DNA from: Magallana gigas
Lineage: Eukaryota
Length of the DNA stretch: 64,000 nucleotides
Direction: 5' to 3'
NCBI RefSeq assembly: GCF_963853765.1
Contig: NC_088853.1
Location: forward strand, 75,702,001 to 75,766,000
Shown: piece after piece, positions 47,772 to 58,947 of the stretch
Numbering within the stretch: the stretch's first letter is position 1
Layout of the letters: every line of letters begins with the position of its first letter
Position numbers and translations under genes: made by a program
Notes under the pieces: model-generated
Told to the model about the DNA's origin: nothing
Databases searched by the model: none
What the model saw: the letters and a program-made list of their open reading frames with translations, nothing else

Positions 47772-50700
47772 TTATTCATCGATTTGAGTTTTGGTCGCAT
47801 AGTGTCCATATGAATATCCCTCAATGCCGTTAGGCTCCAACCACCATCGTTTATCGTCAAACGGTGACAGAGAAATTTTGTTGATGTTCTTTAAATACAG
47901 GTTATGATTTTCACTTCGAATAGAGTTCATTGAATGTCTATTCAATTTACTGTTCATTAGACAGTTTACGTAGTTTTGATAAGTTAATTCTTTTTTGACT
48001 ACCGATTTGGAAATTCCTTTAGCTTTCTTCACTTGCGTTTTTTTCTCATCGTAAACAATGAATGAATACATTTTTGGTCGTAAACCAACAAATCCAAGAA
48101 TTGGATGAGATGCCGTTTCATCTTTCATCTTTCCAACAACTTTCTTGTGTTTTTCACTGAACAGAGGATGATCTCTCGGATAGTTTGACGTGTCAAACAA
48201 ATCCATATGCTTGTTTATCTCCTCGTACATGTCTTCAACTTCAAATCTACAAAATTAAATAAGGTGAAGAACAATGATCGTCTGAATTAGTTAACAGACT
48301 TTATCACAAGAAATAACTATACCTACCTATAAAATAGAGAGTCAGTGTCCGTCATCAGTAACTTTGCATTTTCTCTATACTGTTTTTTGACAAAGCCATA
48401 ATGGAATTCATACATGAAAAGCTTGGAAAGATCCAATATGCTCATCCCAGTGTAGATTGGTTTGTTCAGTAAAAGCTTGACCTTTTTGTTTTTCACTCCC
48501 ACAAGATCGCTATTGAAGATGGTAAAACTCTCAAAACTTGGTTTACTAACCAATCTCTGCAGTCCCTTTTTTGTATGAACTAAGTTAAAGTTCAATCTAT
48601 TTCTGATATTTTCCATGGTTTTTCTGTAATGATAAACGAAAATAAACATATCTTACTGTATAGTGTCAGAAAACTATGATCATATGACAATCTGTACATA
48701 GATAATTTTGAAAATGCTTACCCAAAAACTATATTGTTGTAAGACTTGTAAAGAGAGACTTCAAATTCATTCTGAGCTTGCTGCCTCATCTTCGTGTTGT
48801 ATTCTATGTAGGGTTTTAACCAGTTTTCCTGTTCAAAGCTTATTACTCTATGCATATCTTTCAGAATAAGTCCTTGTTGAAGATAGAATTGTAAGTTTCT
48901 GTAGTGAACAACGTATTTGTGCTTTGTTCGAAGTGTAGGAACAAGTTTTCTCGAGATCTCACCCTCGATTTTCTGTTTATGAAAAATCTTATACAGTTCT
49001 TGGCAGTAAGGAGATAGATCTTCAATTTTGATAGATAACGATTCCGGTGCTAATGTAGATCATTATGTACATCATGCAAATGACTTGGATATTCAAGTGT
49101 GACCTCTAAGATATATCCATTTTTCGCATTTTTATCTACATTCATAATGTCAAGCTCTGATATTTCATTCGCACTCAGCCATTTAAAATCCCTAACAGGG
49201 AGGGACTCAATCATAGCTCCACCATATAAGTTGTTCATATCAAAATATCCAAGGTAAACATTTGGTTTGCTTGGATTATAATTCTGCTCAATATAGGGGT
49301 TGTTAGCTTCAGCGAAACGTGATGTTATCATTGCCACACCACCACGCACACCCTTTTCAATCATCAGATATTGCTCTATGTCAGTAAGTAATTCTAACTC
49401 CACACCAGTCATTTTTAAACATGCACTCCAGCACATACCAGCGAGGGTGTAATACTGTGCAGGATCTAAATCAAAACTTTTCATGGAAATATCTCTGAAT
49501 CTTTCAAAAACATCCGCTAAAAGTAATACATCACAAAGTATATATAGATCATGATATTCCCCCATTGTTTGGATATTCATCTCTCTCCAAACTTCTTTCG
49601 CATGCTCATACTCTTCATCTGATATGTGACATTTGCGTATAGTATTGTAGAATTCATGTTTGGGGGGTAATTTATTGACTAAAAACTTTGAACTGTCTGT
49701 AATGAATGAGTATGGATAAATTCCCTTTCTTAATAAAAGATTTTTACAAGAATCGGAGGGTAAATGTTCATTGAATTGTTGAAAATGTTGTACACCGCTA
49801 GATTTCAAATTCTTCACCAACACATCCAAAGATGTTGTAAGAAATTGAAAAGAGTCTATAAACCTTAATTTTGAAATTGTAAAAGAGACGTATCGTTCAT
49901 TAGTATTGGCGATGACATTAATACGTTTTTTCTTGAATTTTCCAAGTCGTTGCATGATAAGATGAGCGTCAAATCCTCTAAGATTGTGTAAAATAACAGG
50001 TATAAACTCTACCTGCTTAAATTGTAAATTACAATTCCGATGCGCAGCACCAAAAAAATCACCTGTAATATGATCATGATTTCTTACTTTGTCATGCTTC
50101 TTAATAAATTCCAACCCACACAGATGACAATGTGTTGCTCTTTGAAATAAATTTTCTATATTACCGTTGATTTGCATAGGTTCTATAATATGTAACAAAT
50201 TGAGAATTCTTTCCTCTTCTTCGAGTAATCGAACCATGAACGTCTCTACGATGTCCTCCCCTCGATATACAGTAGGCGGTTTAGTATATCTCTTATCAGT
50301 AGAAACTATATGATAAGCAAAGCCACAAGGTTTGAATTCAGAAATATTACTGGTGTGTGAAGAGTTTGGATCTAGGTCACATGATTGAATGGGTTTGACA
50401 TATGTTTCGAAATCAGCGTAAATGACAAATGGCACACGAAGTTGTTTCGCAATATCAGTAAATTTTAATACGTCATTTTCTCCAGGCGTTGGCATCTCTA
50501 TTTTCTGTAAACCGAGTGACATGCAAAAGTCAACATGTTTATTCAAAATTTCTCTCCTCACAAATCCATGCAAACAATAAGGACAATAGTGATGTGAATG
50601 GCGTGAATTCCCACCTTCTGTTCGGAAGAGAAATCGATTGAGATTTTTGATTAAGCAGTAATGGAAAATGTCTTTATTCCTTAGATAAAGCAAATCGACA

Positions 50701-51734
50701 TGAATTTTTTTTTTTGATTTGGTAATACGCATTGGAAATATTTCCTTATCTTCATATCCAAATACATTTACGGAAATATCATTTTGATTTTCAAATTTTG
50801 TTATCTGCTGTACCCGAACTGGATATTGGATTCCACGCATGTTTACTTTATGAGTATATGCATAGTAATGACTGACTCTCGACGGGTTTCGCTTAGCAGG
50901 ATAAAGTTTTGCTAAAACTGAGTACAGGAAACATTTTTGATCTGTATTTCTTATGTTTACCAACGATTTGCTGCTTCGCAGTTCGTTTGGCTCTCTTATA
51001 TAAGTTCCACCCTTTAATGGCGAGTAAACAACGTAGCATAATTCCACGTAAATTACTTTGGAAAAAATCCAGTCTGAGCCTTTCATGATGAATTCTTCTT
51101 TAGATGTGAACATCTTTTGGAAAGATTCATTGATATTGTGAAAGTTAAATTCTTCTGAGGTTAAATGTCTATAAACGATAGTGCGAAAATGAGGTAAGGC
51201 CTTTTCCACCTGACCTTCCCTTTCCCTGGTAAATTCCACTCTCGTTACAAGATACCACTTTAATCCTTTTTTTGTAGGCGAGTGTGAAACAATTAATTCT
51301 TTGATTTTATCTTTAATATTAGAATAAAACACAAGAAGATCAAATTTTTCCATTTGTCGTGGTTTAATCTTGATAGAAGTTACTTGATCATTGATTGATT
51401 GCGTGATTTCATGTTCACGATCCTCGGACTCTTCTTCCCGTAATTCCTCAGAAGTTCCAGCTTCACTTGTTTTTTCTGATGAAGATACATTCGTTGACGT
51501 ACTGGTTCTAGTTGATGATGAGGAATGATGGCTACCTCCAATTTGGACATTGGATGCAGTCTCATGATAACGACGATAGTGAGTTTTAAAATTATCCTTT
51601 CTGTTGAAATGATGATCGCAAATAGGACAAACGATTTTTTGCTGCTTTGACCTATAATGTCTGTTTAAATCTGACTTGCGTTTGTAACTTTTTTTGCAAT
51701 CCGTGCAGTGGAATCTCTTATCACTTTGCTCCAT
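47772..51734 (-). pseudogene. Polinton protein-primed DNA polymerase B with N-terminal C2H2 fingers, endonuclease VII (HNH)-like insert, two introns and one frameshift
   Basis: YADFET (Exo I), HNLRGFDAH (Exo II), YFDMNNLYG (motif A), FG^KTMEN (motif B), TDTDS (motif C), KAKGI; CHLC...DKVRNHDHITG...AAHRNCN insert. Frameshift at ~49052; introns 48624-48721 and 48247-48326. Confidence 0.95.
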
Positions 51735-51740
51735 GCCTAT

Positions 51741-52230
51741 TCATTTATATTTTAACCATTTTTTTCTGTATGTTTTTCTTCTGCTTGCAGATACCTTCCG
51801 ACGATTGACGATGCTTGTCGGCGTGCTACGTACTGCTAATTTTATGACGCTGTCATCGGATTTATCTCTGTATGCTTCAGTAGTTTGTAACGCTTCACTT
51901 TGATTAACTCCTGCTTTCCCATTAAGAGTGTCATGGTGTACCGACTCTAAAACTTCCTCTGTGTCAGCATTTTGCAAGTTATTATACGTTCTTTTATTGA
52001 AATTTTGGTCAACACTTTTATCTCCACATTCCGTATCAGGTTGTGACTTTTCTTTGTTGTATAAATCTGTTTCTAAGTTAATGTTGTTCGGGTCACTGAT
52101 GCTTTTCTTCTCTTCAAAATCTCCATCTATTTTAGAAGGGTTTGTCTTGCACCGATTATTCATGATCAATGCGATCCTCCAGTAATTTCTGATATTTTTC
52201 TTTCGGAACTAGAACGACCTCTTTTGCCAT
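51741..52230 (-). pseudogene. Polinton accessory ORF (frameshifted near its start)
   Basis: ATG at 52230 reads MAKEVVLVPKEKYQKLLED then stops; the 51741-52169 ORF continues in another frame to KKWLKYK. Confidence 0.55.
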
Positions 52231-52543
52231 TGTTTAATAGATACCTATTCACTGCTGATATTAAAGTTGGTATAAGAGCTTGAATACGTATCAAGATCTG
52301 TTTTTTAACACGTTTGGCTTTTTTTCTTTCTATTAATTTTCGTAACAGTAGTTTGTGTTTTTTCAGTTTTTCTTCCTCGTCTTTAGTTAGAGAACAAACA
52401 CCCTGAAGAATGTTGTATACGACTTCTATCAAAATGTCAAATTGTCCGTTGTCAATGGTGTGAAGTAATTGTAGTCGCTGACTCCTATGTGTTGATGCTA
52501 GCAATCTTAGAAAATCCAAATGGTCTTTCAGAAATGAGGACAT
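52166..52543 (-). CDS. Conserved small basic Polinton protein (125 aa)
   Basis: FLRLL...QRLQLL...Q...L.EVVYNILQG...L...KLKKHKLLLRKL pattern, recalled as typical of the gene next to the ATPase in animal Polintons. Confidence 0.65.
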   Translation of the reverse strand: MSSFLKDHLDFLRLLASTHRSQRLQLLHTIDNGQFDILIEVVYNILQGVCSLTKDEEEKLKKHKLLLRKLIERKKAKRVKKQILIRIQALIPTLISAVNRYLLNNGKRGRSSSERKISEITGGSH

Positions 52544-52547
52544 AATT

Positions 52548-53205
52548 CTACATTGGTAAGTATAATATTGTTTCCTGTTCTGGAAAAATGTTAGAAGACA
52601 GTCGGTATCTCTCTGATGTGCCAGGATAGAGTGTCACACATAAGTAAGAATATGGAAGTTCGGTCGCCTTCTTATAAGCATCCATGAAATACTTTGATTG
52701 GTTAGGAAAAATCTGACTACCTAAAGTTCTGACTTGTCGCTCATCACGTGGATTCTTAAATAGTATTATATAATGCGCATTTAAAGATATGGTTCTCATA
52801 TACTTTCCGGGAGGAAAAATATTTTGCAGTAGGAATATCACAGTTATACCCATGTGATGTGAATAAGTTGTAAACAAGTTCATTTACTCTACATTATTTG
52901 TTCCTTGACCCATGACATCGTCCAATACCAGTAATATGCTTCCATGTTCATTGGAAAATCTTTCTAAAATATTTTTATCTGGAATTCCCTGGTGAAAGGT
53001 AATGGAATTAACTACTGTCTCCATTTGCTCAAATAATGGCTGCCAAATTCCGAAAACATATAGTATATGCTTAATATCCGATTCAAATAGTTCCAGGTGT
53101 TTCAGCAGAGAAAATACAAATGTGGATTTTCCTGCATGCGATTGTCACAATTATGTTGCTGTTAGCTTTAAATTTAGTCACGATTTCATGTTCATTATCA
53201 GCCAT
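52548..53205 (-). pseudogene. A32/FtsK-like packaging ATPase, disrupted
   Basis: QSHAGKST (Walker A, frameshifted), LLVLDDVM (Walker B), SHH, QNIF...RTISLNAHYIILFKNPRD. Two frameshifts and an in-frame TAA at 52884-52886. Confidence 0.9.
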
Positions 53206-53290
53206 CCTTCAAAGAAATCCAGTAATGAAATGAATACGAAGAAGGAAAATGCTCTGTATTTATTTATTAAAAAGTGTGTATATGTATATA

Positions 53291-53767
53291 TCATACATGA
53301 TTTGTTAAGCATAATGAAAATGTGCGAGTAATAAATTTAAGTACAAATGCATCATTGATTTCACAAACAGGTGATAAGAAATTCAAAAACTCTTGAAATG
53401 AAACATCTCGAACTCTAAGGAAAAGATACAAAATAGAATAATGTCCACATACTAAAGAATTGGAACATTGAATGTCGATATGATTAACGTATATTTTGTC
53501 ATTTACTAGTATTTTATGAAATTCAATAAGACTTTTATCACTCAGGTTTCCTAGACTGTCAAATATTTCCACATTATTCCCATCATTGTAAACAGCTAAC
53601 CAATGTTCTCCCTCATGACCGGATGGCTTTGTATTTACTATTAATCCTCTTTGTGCTTCTAACTTCTGTATTTTATCTGCTGAATAAACACCAATTATCG
53701 TGTCTTTCATCAGTGGATCACATGCTATCATACATTTTAGTTGCACACTGCTGAGAGCCGACATCAC
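53291..53767 (-). CDS. Adenovirus-like cysteine maturation protease
   Basis: IVNT...GEHWLAV...EIFDSLG...Q...SLVCGHY (H-D-Q-C). Confidence 0.92.
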   Translation of the reverse strand: MMSALSSVQLKCMIACDPLMKDTIIGVYSADKIQKLEAQRGLIVNTKPSGHEGEHWLAVYNDGNNVEIFDSLGNLSDKSLIEFHKILVNDKIYVNHIDIQCSNSLVCGHYSILYLFLRVRDVSFQEFLNFLSPVCEINDAFVLKFITRTFSLCLTNHV

Positions 53768-53768
53768 T

Positions 53769-55094
53769 TCACGAGGTTATTATATCTCTGGCTTGGTTAA
53801 TTTCGAAAAGAGCGGTGTATTGCCCCCACACAATAGCCGTTACTGTCTATGGTAGAGCTACTCCAAACTGTGCTTCTAGACGTACATTACCCTGTTTAAG
53901 TAATGTTAAATACTCTCCTTGTTCGAACGTAGGCTCTAAATCAAAACAGAATATTACATTACCACCCTCTGCAAATTGTTTTCTATTTATAGCATTTCCT
54001 CCATCAAAGAGCCATTTTCCCGCATTGTCAAATAAATTCACGAAGGCTGAGACTATGCTATCTCCATTGACGCTGTCAAATGTAAGCTTTATGGGTGTAT
54101 TACCTACTGGAATTCCATCGCTATACAAAGCGATTTGGTTTATGTTGTAGTGTTGAAAATTGAATGGATTTTTGGTAAAATCTCCTGCCACTGCTTGTGA
54201 GGATACAAAAGCAACATAGAGTCTGTCTGGTCTGGTACCTGAAAACATATTTTCGATGGAGATGTTCAGCAGCCCCTTCGCAAGACTATACATTTTCACT
54301 GTGCTTTTTTTGAATGGATATTTGGCTGTGGTGGTTTCCAACATCTTGGCATGACTAAGTATCACAGCTGGATTAATTTTGCATTTACAAACTCGTAAAA
54401 TAACTTCCACTAACTTAATAATGTAATTTTTCCCGTCAGCGCTATTCGAAAGAAGACAAAATTCAGGTCTCGTGCGGTAGAATTTGAGGGAGATACCAAC
54501 TTGATTTAAAATATATATATCCATCTGAAATAGTTCATGCATGATTGGTCCTTCCAGGTCGAGGGTCTTGCTTCCCTTGATAAGCAGGGCTCGTTTTAAC
54601 AATCCTCCATTTTTTCCTGATTTGGCATTGACGTCATCAAATTCACCCGAGTTATCAATCTCCCATAATTGTGAAGTCAGCTGAGAAGATTTTGCATCAC
54701 CCCCATAATTTATGAGAGTATTCAGCATACTAAGGTATGGATAATGCGCTCCTGAGCTATTGATTGGCTTGTTCTGCATCGATACATCCACCTGACTGAA
54801 AAGTGATGATAAAAGCAAGTTCACTGGGCCAATTACGTCACCATCTTCAAGCACTGTGTCTCCATTCATGACTTTTAGCTTAACATAAAGTCTACTTCTT
54901 TTAAGATCGATGTAGTCCATTCCATTTTGTGCGGATAGTTGAAATTCTATTGGTGAACTATCTGAGATTTGTGATATCGGGCGAACATCTTGGAAGTAAA
55001 TGTTTTCTACTGCAGTCTGGGTGGGTGGTAAATCAAATAAAGAAAGCTGACTAGGCATAGCTTCTCTAAAACTTTCACTGGATAAAATCGACAT
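53769..55094 (-). pseudogene. Major capsid protein (double jelly-roll), with in-frame TAG 25 codons before the natural stop
   Basis: SQLSLFDLPPTQTAVE...SPIEF...YIDL pattern. After TAG at 53847-53849 the frame continues TVTAIVWGQYTALFEINQARDIITS*, ending next to the protease ATG. Confidence 0.9.
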
Positions 55095-55097
55095 GTT

Positions 55098-55538
55098 TCA
55101 ATATAATCCAAAAACGTCTGATTTTAGTTTTACAATCTTATTTCTTTTGGTTGTAGGTCCGCTCTCTTTCTTGCTCGACTTCTGACTGGTACGCTTCATG
55201 ACTCGCTTCCCCTTTTCAATAGTTTTCTCCCTCTTAGTTTCACTTTTTGCCTGCTCCACCACCTGCTCAGCTGGTGAGGTAACATTTATTTTTTGCTTTA
55301 CATCTCGATCAGTAGCCCCTCTTGTGTAGTTGTCTATGGATAGCATATATGGTGAGGTTTTGTTTCGTAATCCACCACCTCGTTGATATCCTTTCATCGT
55401 ATGATTGGTATAAGGATTTACATCACCATTACCTACCCGCATGTAAAACATTGTCCATTTTTTAGTGTCGGGTACATACAGAGTTTTATTGACATCCATT
55501 CTTAAAATGGATATCGTATTAAATGAAGTGTAATCCAA
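55098..55538 (-). CDS. Conserved basic Polinton protein (putative core protein)
   Basis: YQRGGG motif and VTSPAEQVVEQAKSE followed by a K/R-rich tail; lies between mCP and MCP. Confidence 0.6.
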   Translation of the reverse strand: MDYTSFNTISILRMDVNKTLYVPDTKKWTMFYMRVGNGDVNPYTNHTMKGYQRGGGLRNKTSPYMLSIDNYTRGATDRDVKQKINVTSPAEQVVEQAKSETKREKTIEKGKRVMKRTSQKSSKKESGPTTKRNKIVKLKSDVFGLY

Positions 55539-55963
55539 ACGTCTGAATTAATGAATGTGGCGGGTAAATGACTGTCATCCCTTAAATACAAATGTAGGTC
55601 AGAAAGGTGAGTGACCCTAAGGGGAATGTAGTACGCAGGATAAAATTTGTCATTCCAACCGTAAGATGGATCCGCTTGGATGATTCGAAGCAGAGGTTGT
55701 TGATGGCCATTGACGCTTGAAAAATCACACACATTTGAATAAACAAATAATGATTTATGCTGAAATGTCGTTATGGGTTTTGAAGTTAATGCGTCAATGA
55801 CTGTCTTTTTCGTTGAAGACAGAGTAAAAAACTCGGTTATACCAATTTTCCAAAAGCCTTGTAGATCCAGAGCGTTGTCAAGGTGAATTTTAAAATCGTA
55901 TGGTTTATTTTCAGGATAATAGTCCCTGCATTCGTCAGACTTGACAAATATATACTTTTCCAT
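55502..55963 (-). CDS. Minor capsid (penton-like) protein
   Basis: SD....YPENKPYDFKIHL...L.G.W.IG..E...LFVYSNV...S.V.....PLLR pattern and position. Confidence 0.8.
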   Translation of the reverse strand: MEKYIFVKSDECRDYYPENKPYDFKIHLDNALDLQGFWKIGITEFFTLSSTKKTVIDALTSKPITTFQHKSLFVYSNVCDFSSVNGHQQPLLRIIQADPSYGWNDKFYPAYYIPLRVTHLSDLHLYLRDDSHLPATFINSDVWITLHLIRYPF

Positions 55964-57101
55964 TACTTTGAACTTAGATTGACGATGTCAGATTCCTTAA
56001 CCCACTGGTTAAACTTCTCTGGCCAAGATTCAAATTTAATGAACAATTCTTTCTGTCCTTTCCGTACACGCTTCTTGATTACTTTCTCAATAAGCCATAA
56101 GGAATCTTCGCTTTTGTCAACTTTTTGTAGATCGTTTTCGTAAAAGTCTCCTTCAATTAATTCCTCGTTAAAATCTCTGACTTTGTACATTGGTATTCCT
56201 TGTAGATGAAATCTTTTGGATACTTTGAAAATTTCTCCCGTAAATTGTTGATTATATCCCCGTCGAAAGATATGTTTTAAATGTGAAAGTCTGACTAAAT
56301 CGTTAATTTTATATCGATATCGAACGGTTCTTTGTTTTTTTTTCTTTGTGTTCTGTTTTCCACTTCTTTTAATTTTTTTAAGTAAAGTCTGGCCCACACA
56401 TCAGCCTCGTTTTCCTTTGTAACTTCATTTGGTGATAAACCGTGAAGACTTCTATGTGGTGTTGAATTATAATTTTCTACTACATCTGATAAGACATCTA
56501 CATATCTATGCGTTCTTTCTTTTTGAAAGTATCGATACAGTCTACCGCGAATTGTACGTATAACTCTTTCTGCAATAGATGCCTTTGAATTTTGATTGGC
56601 AAAGAAAATTCTGACTCCTTCATTTTTTAAATAGTTTAGTAGTTGTCGATTCTTAAATTCCCCTCCACGATCACTTCGTAATGTCTGACATTTCACACCA
56701 GATTCAAAGACCTGCTTAATAGCATTTAAAACATCTCGAGCAGATTTTTGTTTAAGAACTACAATTCGTAAATATTTAGAAAGTGTGTCTATCAATATTA
56801 GAAGAAATCTGATACCGTCATTTTCTTTTGATAGGTTTTGAACGTCCATAAGATCCATACTCCACTGAGCATTGATGCCACTGACACGAATATTAGGAAT
56901 CTTCAAAGGTCGACGGATCTGTCGCTGTAATGTATACGCATCCTGTTTTCTCAGCCATTTTGAAATAAAATGTTTACTGAATTTAAAGTCTTTGTTTGAT
57001 TTTAGTGCTTGATAAAGTTTTTCAGGCGTTGTAAATGCCGCAGGATTACGGATGGTATAATAATAAGTTTCAAGATACTGCGTCTTTTCCTTTTCACTCA
57101 T
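55963..57101 (-). pseudogene. Retroviral-like (RVE, DDE) integrase with C-terminal chromodomain; frameshifted
   Basis: WSMDLMD, LRSDRGGEF, SIAERVIRT, YNSTPHRS. The C-terminal part (IEKVIKKR...IKFESWPEKFNQWV) is in another frame; the shift falls in one of the A runs at ~56330-56385. Confidence 0.92.
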
Positions 57102-57107
57102 AATGTG

Positions 57108-57467
57108 TCAATAATTGCATGATATAGCATCCCTTTCCATTTCTGAATATAGTTTATCCCTCCAAATATCAGTAAGGCAATACATTTTCATGATATCAGC
57201 CAAATCTTGTATCTCTGCACGATCACAGTCATGATCTCTCAGCATAGTATGAAAAATATCTTGAATGTTCAGTTTCATATAGGCAAGCTCAAAACTCGTA
57301 ATTAGTTTAATGTGTGTCGAATCCATCAGACATGGATGTTCCGTTTGAGACGGATGATCTATTTCACAACCATTACATCTTTCCTTAGATATACTATATA
57401 TATCATCCCAAATAGCGTTGACACAAAGAGAAAAAAACAAATCGTAATATTCATGCTCTACTTCCAT
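57108..57467 (-). CDS. Conserved Polinton metal-binding protein (119 aa)
   Basis: CNGCEIDHPSQTEHPCL (CxGCxxxHPSQxxHxC) motif. Confidence 0.7.
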   Translation of the reverse strand: MEVEHEYYDLFFSLCVNAIWDDIYSISKERCNGCEIDHPSQTEHPCLMDSTHIKLITSFELAYMKLNIQDIFHTMLRDHDCDRAEIQDLADIMKMYCLTDIWRDKLYSEMERDAISCNY

Positions 57468-57590
57468 CGTTGAAACAGTTTATTCTGTCAGATGTGTAAT
57501 ACGATGTGTTATATACTTGTTTCACATTGTATTGATATTCCAGATGAGTGATTCTTTTTATTATAATCATCGAAAGCAAATGGAATTTCT

Positions 57591-58031
57591 TCACATGGAT
57601 TTCTTCAACAGTGAAGAATCGATATGATCCACTGAGTTCTTTAAATACTGCCACTGCATTTTGTTAAGTTGAATTCCATCACCAGTCCATTTTTCATCTC
57701 TGAATAGTCGAATATCTAATGTAATGCTACCCTCCAACTGACATATTCTTACGTAAATCTCATCACCGAGTGGATAGCTATCTACATATGGACATCTTGG
57801 GGGAGATGCTGTAGAATTCCAACACTTCCACTGAATACAATCGCTTATATTCAACTGCTCTTCGGTTTGGTTTTCTTTCAGAAGTATTGTGTTTACACAT
57901 AAAAGTATTATAACAACGGTTGAAATTATATAGAGTAAAACAAATTTAAGTTTTTGTTTCTGAAATGTTTTTTTGAATTCATCATCACAATTTGCTTCCA
58001 ATAAATTAGAAACGACGCTGACAGTTTCCAT
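57591..58031 (-). CDS. PC4/Sub1-like ssDNA-binding domain preceded by a hydrophobic segment
   Basis: C-terminal IYVRICQLEGSITLDIRLF...GIQLNKMQWQYLKNSVDHID matches the PC4 pattern; FVLLYIISTVVIILLCVNTILL lies upstream. Confidence 0.7.
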   Translation of the reverse strand: METVSVVSNLLEANCDDEFKKTFQKQKLKFVLLYIISTVVIILLCVNTILLKENQTEEQLNISDCIQWKCWNSTASPPRCPYVDSYPLGDEIYVRICQLEGSITLDIRLFRDEKWTGDGIQLNKMQWQYLKNSVDHIDSSLLKKSM

Positions 58032-58724
58032 TTTTATAGAAGAGAGTACTCCCCGTGGTATCTAAAGGTGAAATGATCAAATAAAATGATTTTTTGCTCT
58101 ATTTATATAGTGATGATTTTGGGGGGGGGGGGGGGGGAATATTATAAATAAAAAAATTGATATTAAAAGCAAATAAACGTGTGACTTAATCTAAATACAT
58201 GTATTTGATATACGTTAACAAATAGAATGGGTGTAACTTAAGATTTAGCTCGCAGTTCATTGTATATCACATGTCTGTGAACCTTCTGACCTTCTTACAT
58301 GTATATAGTTACTTTGATGATTAAGGCTTCAATTGACTGTATGTGATTATTTCGGTGAACCAATCATCGACTTAATTTACATATTTGGTAGAGATTATGT
58401 TGTATTGTGGGTGGGATTAGCCTTCCATCATTTGACAATTATGTAGAGCCTTCCGTCTGCGCCCTTTGATTTAATTTACATATTTGAGAGCCTTCCAGCC
58501 TTTGACATAATTTACATATTTTCTTGCTATTATAAAGTACTGTACTATATAATACTACAGTGAAAGGAGTTGATGTGTCGAAGGCTCTACAGTGGGTGGA
58601 GTTGATGTGTGCTGTCTTTCAAACATATAAATTCTTTTGACTCATAATTTTACATATATAGTAGATATTATATAGTACATTGGGTGGAGTTGCAATTATG
58701 CAGAGCTTCGAGCCTTTTGACATA

Positions 58725-58941
58725 ATTTTACATAATTATGCAGAGCCTGCAGAGCCTTCGACACATCAACTCCACCCACTGTAGTATTATATAGTATATA
58801 GTACTAATGTAAATCAAAAGGCTCGAAGGCTCTGCATAATTATTATGCAGAGCCTTCGACACATCAACTCCACCCACTGTAGTATTATATAGTACAGTGG
58901 GTGGAGTTGATGTGTGCTAGTATCACCACCCCCCTACTACT
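58725..58941 (-). repeat. Polinton right TIR (217 bp)
   Basis: Exact reverse complement of 43056-43272. Confidence 0.95.
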
Positions 58942-58947
58942 TGTGGA

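Larger units (their letters stand above)
43056..58941 (-). mobile_element. Polinton/Maverick element, full length (15,886 bp)
   Basis: AGTAGT termini, 217-bp identical TIRs, 6-bp TSD TGTGGA (43050-43055; 58942-58947), and the full set of INT, mCP, MCP, PRO, ATPase and pPolB genes. Confidence 0.97.

Noticed and set aside
53847-53849. Programmed stop-codon readthrough in the MCP
   Set aside because: Neighbouring genes carry several ordinary lesions and no readthrough signal is evident; a nonsense mutation is simpler.
53002-54150. Plus-strand ORFs 53002-53331 and 53815-54150 (and similar antisense ORFs such as 51380-51565, 55883-56143)
   Set aside because: Antisense shadows of recognisable minus-strand Polinton genes.
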